DNA of 64,000 nt from Clostridia bacterium (GTDB lineage: Bacteria; Bacillota; Clostridia; TANB77; CAG-465). Made by a program: the position numbers and the translations under genes. Positions 8,430-13,507 of this stretch are shown here, piece by piece. Position 1 is the first letter of the stretch; each line of letters opens with the position of its first letter. A model generated the notes under the pieces. That model had not been told where the DNA came from. It saw only the letters and a list, made by a program, of their open reading frames with translations, and made no database searches. The DNA lies in the NCBI GenBank assembly GCA_900772475.1, contig CAAHEI010000105.1, forward strand, positions 13,393 through 77,392. Direction: 5' to 3'.

Positions 8430-8771
8430 TTAGTTATTGCAGTAAATACATTTTTTTGTGTTCCAGTCAAAGATTGATATTTGTTTTAGTTCCTTGCCAA
8501 GTTTTAAAGCCTTAGAAAGTGAATCAATTTTAATTGATATATCAATGTAAGCTTTTCCTTCTTCTATCCAGATTCCACAAAATTCGTTTTGTTTGATTGT
8601 GTTTAGTATGTTGTTGATTGCGTCCAGTACTTCGTTTGTGTTGTTTATGTTTAATGTGTAGCAGTCTTTCTTGCTGACTTGATAGCCTTTTTTGAATTCT
8701 ACAGATTCGCCGTTTTTATTTAGTGTTGCTCCGTTGTTTTTTATTATGTTTTTTAATGTTTGTAACTTCAT
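8430..8771 (-). CDS. hypothetical protein, first gene of the leftward arm
   Basis: ORF track. AAGGGAG RBS. Lies directly downstream of the sigma70-like promoter at 8804-8832. Confidence 0.65.
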   Translation of the reverse strand: MKLQTLKNIIKNNGATLNKNGESVEFKKGYQVSKKDCYTLNINNTNEVLDAINNILNTIKQNEFCGIWIEEGKAYIDISIKIDSLSKALKLGKELKQISIFDWNTKKCIYCNN

Positions 8772-8803
8772 GTTTTTAACTCCCTTTTTTTTAATACATA
8801 GAT

Positions 8804-8832
8804 ATTTTACACTATTAAAATAACAATGTCAA
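8804..8832 (-). promoter_or_regulatory. sigma70-like promoter for the leftward arm (TTGACA-17-TAAAAT)
   Basis: The minus strand reads TTGACA (8832..8827), an exact 17-nt spacer, then TAAAAT (8809..8804), about 30 nt upstream of the RBS/ATG of ORF 8430..8771. Confidence 0.6.
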
Positions 8833-8924
8833 TAAAAAATTGAAAAAATTTTTATTTTTTTAAAATTTTTTTTATGCAAGAAGTTCAACACTTGCAACAG
8901 TCCAGAACTCCGCCATAATATCAA

Positions 8925-8959
8925 TTTTAAAGCCGTTTTAAGCCCGTTTCAGCCGTTTT
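8925..8959. repeat. three iterons AGCC(C)GTTT at 10-bp phasing
   Basis: TTTTAAAGCCGTTTT-AAGCCCGTTTC-AGCCGTTTTT. The 14-mer TTTTAAAGCCGTTT recurs exactly at 7983-7996 and 12366-12379. Confidence 0.6.
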
Positions 8960-9131
8960 TATATATTGTATAATAAATATATTAGAATAGTAAAAAAGTT
9001 TAAAATATTGTTGTTTTTATGCCTTTACTGATGCTTTGAAGTTTTTTATATATTTTTATTATAGTATAAAATTTTTTAATTTTTTTTTATAAAATAGTTC
9101 ACTTATTTATTTTTTGCGTTTGTTTTGGTTC

Positions 9132-9164
9132 GTTCCAGAAGTTCCAGAAGTTCCAGCCGTTGCC
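9132..9164. repeat. tandem 9-bp repeat GTTCCAGAA x2 + GTTCCAGCC + GTTGCC
   Basis: Read directly from the sequence. The 13-mer TTCCAGCCGTTGC (9151-9163) is also present at 8286-8298. Confidence 0.8.
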
Positions 9165-9169
9165 TGCTT

Positions 9170-9480
9170 TTTTGTTCTTTTATATTATATTATTAAAAAT
9201 ATATATTTTAAAAATTTTTTATATATTATATTATTATGCTTTGCGTTCTGTTTTTATGCTTGTTTTGCGTGTTTTTTTGTTCGTGCTTTTGTTTTATTAT
9301 GTATGTATTATATTTTATATATTATTTTTTTGTTTATATTTTAGTTTTGTTTTTATATTGTTTTTATATTATTATAGTTTTTTTGTTTTGCTTTTTTCTT
9401 TTTTATTATTGTTGTTGTATATCTTTTTTTTTGTTTTTGTTTTATTATTATATATTTTTTATTGTTTGAAAGATTTTAAA
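9170..9480. repeat. T-rich, C-depleted low-complexity tract (non-coding)
   Basis: My hand count for 9181-9480 is about 10 C, about 30 G, and T far exceeding A. There are many TTTTG/TTTTAT words. The track ORFs here translate to F/L/Y/C/V strings only. Confidence 0.7.
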
Positions 9481-9562
9481 TAAAAAACACTTTTTTTAAA
9501 ATTCGCTTGTTACTATTAAAAGCAAAGACATCAAAACGGCAGGCGACTGCATTATATCCGGC

Positions 9563-9660
9563 AAGTGGTCAAAATTTTAAAATTTTAGTTAATTTTTTAA
9601 ATTCGTTTACTTATTTTTTTTGAAGTGGTCAAAATATGCAAAATTCGTTACTATATTATG
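9563..9660. repeat. imperfect tandem duplication of about 60 bp (AAGTGGTCAAAAT ... AAATTCGTT(T)A)
   Basis: AAGTGGTCAAAAT occurs at 9563-9575 and 9623-9635, each followed by AAATTCGTT. Confidence 0.6.
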
Positions 9661-9819
9661 TAATATATACACGAATGTATCAGCGGGGGTATGTTTTAAG
9701 CAATGAAGCACAAAAAACCGCCAGCCCCTAGTAGCACTTCCATCCATGCCTAGCAATTGAAAATTTTTTATTTTTGAACGTAATTCGATAGGCCAATAAT
9801 AGTTTTTTTTCAAGAGTAG

Positions 9820-10100
9820 ATTTGGGGGTTTTGTTTTAGCGATAGCGAGAAAGTTTTAAAAATTGCAGAGATTAAGTTTTAAAAATTTTTTTTATGGCGA
9901 AGTGAAAGTAAGAAATTTTAAAATTTTTTTGAAAGATTGTGAGGGGGTAGTGGGAGGCGGTGGAAAAATTTTTTAGCGAAAAAGTTTTATGTGGCATGGA
10001 AGGTATCAAATTGCTGAGGTCGTGGAAATGATGGAGGGGTGTTGGCGAAAATAAAATGGGTGGAGATGTTGAGCGGGGTGGAGGGGGCCGTGGGAAATAG
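9820..10100 (+). other. G-run / A-T-tract mosaic, strongly G>C skewed, non-coding
   Basis: G3-G5 runs (GAGGGGGTAGTGGGAGGCGGTGG at 9941-9963; GGGTGGAGATGTTGAGCGGGGTGGAGGGGGCCGTGGG at 10058-10094) alternate with AAGTTTTAAAAATT-type tracts. There are very few C on the + strand. Confidence 0.6.
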
Positions 10101-10110
10101 TTCAAATTAT

Positions 10111-10139
10111 TTGACAAAAAGTCAAATTTGTGGTATAGT
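10111..10139 (+). promoter_or_regulatory. sigma70-like promoter (TTGACA-17-TATAGT, TTTGTGG upstream of -10)
   Basis: TTGACA at 10111-10116, a 17-nt spacer ending TTTGTGG, then TATAGT at 10134-10139. The architecture matches the promoter at 13443. Confidence 0.65.
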
Positions 10140-10148
10140 AGAGGCAAG

Positions 10149-10832
10149 ATGGAAAAAGTTGAAAAGTTTGAGAACACGAAAAAGTTTTGTAAGCACTGGT
10201 GGAGAGTTTATAGTCCAAGAAGGATTGAATACTGCGACTATGAGCAAGAATGTGCGGTGGTGTTTTTTGAGAAACTTGTCTCATATTCAATGAGGGAAGC
10301 AATAGCAATTTGGAACAAAAGATATAAATATGTTTTATTGCAGATGATATATAAGAATAAGTCAAATATGGCAATTAATATTAATATTGAAAATGTTGGA
10401 TGCTCGGATAATTATTTCCTTATTGATGATATTGGACTCACAACAAAAGAAGCTTTTATTTGCAAAGGTTTGATTGACGATGAAACATATAGAGATCTGG
10501 ATGCAAACAGACAAGATATACTTGGACTTCGCAAGAAAGTTGGGGATTATTTTGAAATAGATTATAAGCATAGGGGTAATGCGAAGAAAAATATTTCAGA
10601 GATAGGGCTAGCGAATTTGAGAAGTGGGATTAAAAAAATTGCACATTTTGGTCGTGAAAAGTCTATACAAGCGAGACAAAGGAAAATGAATATGATTGAC
10701 AATGGTATAGTTGTAAAAACTTTTTTAAGTCTTAAAGAAGCAGCATCTTTTATAGGCAAGACTCCTGGTGGAATAAGAAGTGCGATTAGGCATAATTGTA
10801 AATGTGGGGGGTATAATTGGCAGTATGCATAA
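10149..10832 (+). CDS. NUMOD1/NUMOD3-like DNA-binding protein (homing-endonuclease-type DNA-binding module, no recognisable nuclease domain)
   Basis: The C-terminus VVKTFLSLKEAASFIGKTPGGIRSAIRHNCKCGGYNWQYA is the classic NUMOD1 pattern. An upstream basic NUMOD3-like stretch is present. I saw no GIY-YIG, HNH or LAGLIDADG motif. The start at ATG 10149 is only about 10 nt after the -10 box, so the mRNA may be nearly leaderless and the start is uncertain. Confidence 0.5.
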   Translation: MEKVEKFENTKKFCKHWWRVYSPRRIEYCDYEQECAVVFFEKLVSYSMREAIAIWNKRYKYVLLQMIYKNKSNMAININIENVGCSDNYFLIDDIGLTTKEAFICKGLIDDETYRDLDANRQDILGLRKKVGDYFEIDYKHRGNAKKNISEIGLANLRSGIKKIAHFGREKSIQARQRKMNMIDNGIVVKTFLSLKEAASFIGKTPGGIRSAIRHNCKCGGYNWQYA

Positions 10833-11751
10833 TGAAGATTATGAAAATGTTTTAGACGGCGACATTTTGAATGTTTTACTCAAGGATAGAACGACTGGCA
10901 AAAATATAATTTGGGCAACGGACAATTATGGATTTAGTCCAGGTGAAGAAATAAAAATTGAAAACTTGCCTTTGATAAAACCTAGATTGGAGAAAAGCAA
11001 GGAAGAACAGCAGAAAAGGACAAAGGGTAAAGCTGAAGTATTTACTCCATCGTGGATATGCAATGATATGAATAATAACTTGACAGAAGAGTGGTTTGGT
11101 AGAAAAAATGTTTTTAATGTATCTACCGGACGGGGATGGAAAACAAACAACGAGAAAATTTCTTTTCCTTGTGTAGAGGGTAAAAATTGGCTAGACTATG
11201 TTCGCTCCACAGTGCTTGAAATAACTTGTGGGGAAGGGCCATTTCTTGTAAGCAGATATGATACAGTCACCGGGGAATACATAGACCCTTTTGATAGAAT
11301 CGGTTTGTTAGATAGAAAAATCCGAGTGGTGAATGAAAATATTGATTTTGGTAGTGATGGTTGGTTCGAGATAATTCTTGAAGCATATAAGGCTACCTAT
11401 GGTTATGAATTTCAAGGCGATAATTTATTCCTTGCGAGAAAAAATTTATTGCTAACTTTTATAGACAATTATCAATTAAGAATAAACAAATATGTAGACA
11501 AAGAAAAACTTTTACAAGTTGCAGAAATAATTTCGTGGAATTTGTGGCAAATGGACGGGTTAAAATATGTGATACCTAATAGTTGTAAAACCACAAATCA
11601 AGGACAAATATCTCTTTTTACTAGTGATTCTGAGAAAGAATGTCCTGGATGTAAAGAAAATAATATTTTAAAACATACTGGAATCTATTGTAAAATAAAA
11701 GATTGGAAAACAAATTCTGTTGGAAGATTTGTAGATATTGTGAAAAAATAA
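10825..11751 (+). CDS. gamma-class (Eco57I/TaqI-type) methyltransferase-like protein lacking a visible NPPY motif
   Basis: AEVFTPSWICNDM looks like motif X (FTP), VLEITCGEGPFLV like motif I, and YGYEFQGDNLFLARKNL like motif II/III. I found no (N/D/S)PP(Y/F). ATG 10825 overlaps the upstream stop (ATGCATAA). Confidence 0.4.
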   Translation: MHNEDYENVLDGDILNVLLKDRTTGKNIIWATDNYGFSPGEEIKIENLPLIKPRLEKSKEEQQKRTKGKAEVFTPSWICNDMNNNLTEEWFGRKNVFNVSTGRGWKTNNEKISFPCVEGKNWLDYVRSTVLEITCGEGPFLVSRYDTVTGEYIDPFDRIGLLDRKIRVVNENIDFGSDGWFEIILEAYKATYGYEFQGDNLFLARKNLLLTFIDNYQLRINKYVDKEKLLQVAEIISWNLWQMDGLKYVIPNSCKTTNQGQISLFTSDSEKECPGCKENNILKHTGIYCKIKDWKTNSVGRFVDIVKK

Positions 11752-11771
11752 ATAAATTTTAAAAAAAATAG

Positions 11772-11800
11772 TTGACAAAATAAAAAATATGTGATATTGT
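11772..11800 (+). promoter_or_regulatory. sigma70-like promoter (TTGACA-17-TATTGT) driving the ncRNA
   Basis: TTGACA at 11772-11777, a 17-nt spacer ending ATGTGA, then TATTGT at 11795-11800. It shares ...ATGTGATATT with the promoter at 12404. Confidence 0.55.
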
Positions 11801-11806
11801 ATAATC

Positions 11807-12270
11807 GGTTTTTAACAAACTAAAGACTCTGGTCTATTTGGAAGACGACAAACAGGCTAGTTCAACTGAATAGACTAGAGGATTGTAAAATTCACAAAGA
11901 AAAGTGGCGTCTTACACTGAGTATTTGTGAATTTTATTTTACAATTTACAGCTCATAGCTAGAGAGCTTCAACAAAAAATAGCGGGTGAACTTGGGTGCC
12001 TATTCCTCAGTTTACTGCAGAGTGGTAACTAATCGCCATGACATGCCACAATAAATAAAGAAGGCGGGGTAGGGTTCATTCGGATGAGGGGCCTTTCACA
12101 ATACCAATGGACCGAATCGTTGGTGTGAAAGTGTGTTTGAAACAACACATCTGCAACAGGCATTGCAAAAAAAAAGACAGAAACTTCAACAAGTGGATTG
12201 TATGTTTAAGTAGCAATAAAGCAGAGTTTTCTCTTCTTTGCAAGGGGATACTCTACCTATTGCTATTTTT
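11807..12270 (+). ncRNA. large structured non-coding RNA (about 460 nt), class unknown (ROOL/GOLLD-type candidate)
   Basis: It has its own promoter and no RBS-preceded ORF, and it is visibly more G+C-rich than its flanks. Stems seen: 12 bp (11827-11838/11869-11880), 13+3 bp (11883-11898/11924-11944), 11950-11968, 12094-12130, 12131-12150. A three-tier terminal hairpin (12211-12265) is followed by TTTTT. A tRNA lies about 550 nt downstream. Confidence 0.6.
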
Positions 12271-12328
12271 AACATTGCTTAACAAATGGATTGTGTATTT
12301 AATATATATTATATAAAAGGAGAAAAAT

Positions 12329-12394
12329 ATGTTGCATTTCTTAATATGCTCAATATTATTGGCAATTTTAAAGCCGTTTTTGTTTAAAAGATAA
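12329..12394 (+). CDS. 21-aa hydrophobic peptide MLHFLICSILLAILKPFLFKR
   Basis: AAAGGAG lies 7 nt upstream of ATG 12329. The peptide has a single predicted TM-like stretch with a basic C-terminus. It is below the ORF-track cutoff. Confidence 0.4.
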   Translation: MLHFLICSILLAILKPFLFKR

Positions 12395-12403
12395 TAAAAA
12401 TAT

Positions 12404-12432
12404 TTGACAAAAATGGCAAAATGTGATATTAA
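12404..12432 (+). promoter_or_regulatory. sigma70-like promoter (TTGACA-17-TATTAA)
   Basis: TTGACA at 12404-12409, a 17-nt spacer ending ATGTGA, then TATTAA at 12427-12432, about 30 nt upstream of ATG 12463. Confidence 0.55.
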
Positions 12433-12462
12433 AATTGTAGAATATGGTGTGAGGATAAATAG

Positions 12463-12813
12463 ATGAGCACGCTTTATAAGGGGAGATATTTAATAGCGAT
12501 TTATGATAAGGATGATTATTTGGTTGATGTATCAGGCAATCCATCAACATTGAAATGTTTTAAAAATTCAGCCGTCGCTAGGTCCATAATTTCTAAAGTG
12601 TTTAATGGCGAAAGGAAAAATGAAAGCATACATTTTATTGATGTATTTGAAAAACATGATGATATTTTTTCCGATGAGGATAAGGTTTTTTTAGAATTTG
12701 TTGAAATGGAAAAGACATCAAAAAATACGATTGCGAGTTTTTGCAGAGAAAATAATATTAGTGAGCGCACATTTTATAGAAAAAATAGTATTCAAAAAGG
12801 AATGGAGTTGTAA
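12463..12813 (+). CDS. small HTH-like DNA-binding protein
   Basis: ORF track. GAGGA RBS. The C-terminal TIASFCRENNISERTFYRK looks like a helix-turn-helix. Confidence 0.6.
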   Translation: MSTLYKGRYLIAIYDKDDYLVDVSGNPSTLKCFKNSAVARSIISKVFNGERKNESIHFIDVFEKHDDIFSDEDKVFLEFVEMEKTSKNTIASFCRENNISERTFYRKNSIQKGMEL

Positions 12814-12816
12814 TCG

Positions 12817-12903
12817 GTGGGCATGGCGGAATCGGCAGACGCACAGGACTTAAAATCCTGAGAGAAAAATCTCGTGAGGGTTCAAATCCCTCTGCCCGCA
12901 CCA
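12817..12903 (+). tRNA. tRNA-Leu (anticodon UAA), CCA encoded
   Basis: Hand-folded cloverleaf. Acceptor GTGGGCA/TGCCCGC (one G-U pair), 3-bp D stem, anticodon stem CAGGA/TCCTG with loop CTTAAAA, 15-nt variable arm (class II), T arm GAGGG-TTCAAAT-CCCTC, then A-CCA. Confidence 0.9.
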
Positions 12904-12924
12904 AAAATAAGGGGATAGAAATAA

Positions 12925-13194
12925 ATGGGTTTTGTAGATGATAAAAAGCTAGAAAGAAAAAGAATAATCAAAGATAAAATAGCGGGGATTTTTAATCGTT
13001 CTCACATAATAGAGAATGATATTATTGTTGCTCAAAAACATATAATGCAAAAATATGGATTAAGTGCTATTGATGCACTCACTATGCTTTCAAATTTGGT
13101 TATTGACAAAAAAATAGATGTTGAACTGGATGAGTTTGAGTACAAGCATTCATTTTTAAAAGTGTATAGAATAAAAAATATTAAACAATTGTAA
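12925..13194 (+). CDS. hypothetical protein
   Basis: ORF track. AAGGGGA RBS upstream. Confidence 0.6.
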   Translation: MGFVDDKKLERKRIIKDKIAGIFNRSHIIENDIIVAQKHIMQKYGLSAIDALTMLSNLVIDKKIDVELDEFEYKHSFLKVYRIKNIKQL

Positions 13195-13212
13195 TAAAAT
13201 GGCATAAAAGTG

Positions 13213-13241
13213 TTGACATTTTACAAATTAAATGATACATT
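13213..13241 (+). promoter_or_regulatory. sigma70-like promoter (TTGACA-17-TACATT)
   Basis: TTGACA at 13213-13218, a 17-nt spacer ending AAATGA, then TACATT at 13236-13241. No ORF follows it. Confidence 0.45.
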
Positions 13242-13247
13242 GTTTGT

Positions 13248-13386
13248 GTGAACAGTTGATATATTGTTTGCGACTTCCTCATTGTGAAAGCAATCGACCC
13301 TAAATGTATTTTTTTTAACGGCTTAGTTTGTTAGTATAATTAACATAAGAGCATATTCATTTTTTCTTACAAGGGCTGCCCTTTTT
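13248..13386 (+). ncRNA. candidate small RNA (about 140 nt) between a promoter and a short terminator
   Basis: It is bounded by the promoter at 13213 and the hairpin AAGGG-CTG-CCCTT plus TTTT at 13371-13386. It has no RBS or ORF. Evidence is positional only. Confidence 0.3.
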
Positions 13387-13442
13387 GTATTGCTTTCAAA
13401 TTATTTTAAAGTCTGGTCTTTATGATCGGGCTTTATTTTTGT

Positions 13443-13471
13443 TTGACTTTTCGCACAGTTTGTGGTATAAT
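13443..13471 (+). promoter_or_regulatory. consensus sigma70 promoter (TTGACT-17-TATAAT) for the phage RNA polymerase gene
   Basis: TTGACT at 13443-13448, a 17-nt spacer ending TTTGTGG, then TATAAT at 13466-13471, 37 nt upstream of ATG 13508. Confidence 0.7.
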
Positions 13472-13507
13472 ATAAATATATTTTATAGAAAAGGTGTAGT
13501 TTCCCTG

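Noticed and set aside
9132-9164. CRISPR array
   Set aside because: The repeats are 9 bp, directly abutting with no spacers, and number only three and a half units. No cas genes are present.
9114-9483. Three overlapping + strand ORFs (76, 107 and 77 aa) in the ORF track
   Set aside because: They translate a T-rich low-complexity tract into F/L/Y/C/V strings in all three frames. They have no RBS and no codon-usage resemblance to real genes.
9607-10374. ORFs 9607..9813(-), 9872..10177(-), 10039..10293(+) and 10102..10374(-)
   Set aside because: They lie in the skewed G-run / A-T-tract region or antisense to the first rightward gene. They give Pro/Ser or Gly-rich nonsense-like sequences, have no RBS, and run across the promoter at 10111.
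12107-12316. 69-aa ORF inside the ncRNA region, with in-frame repeat NKWIVCL / NKWIVYL
   Set aside because: There is no Shine-Dalgarno before ATG 12107 (CACAATACCAATG). The ATG lies inside a long stem, and the repeat is explained by the 22-nt direct repeat flanking the terminal hairpin. I keep it only as an alternative to test.
12817-12903. Possibility that the phage tRNA is a stop-codon suppressor linked to the interrupted genes
   Set aside because: The anticodon loop CTTAAAA gives anticodon UAA (Leu, reads UUA/UUG), and the long variable arm fits tRNA-Leu. All large ORFs are open under the standard code.
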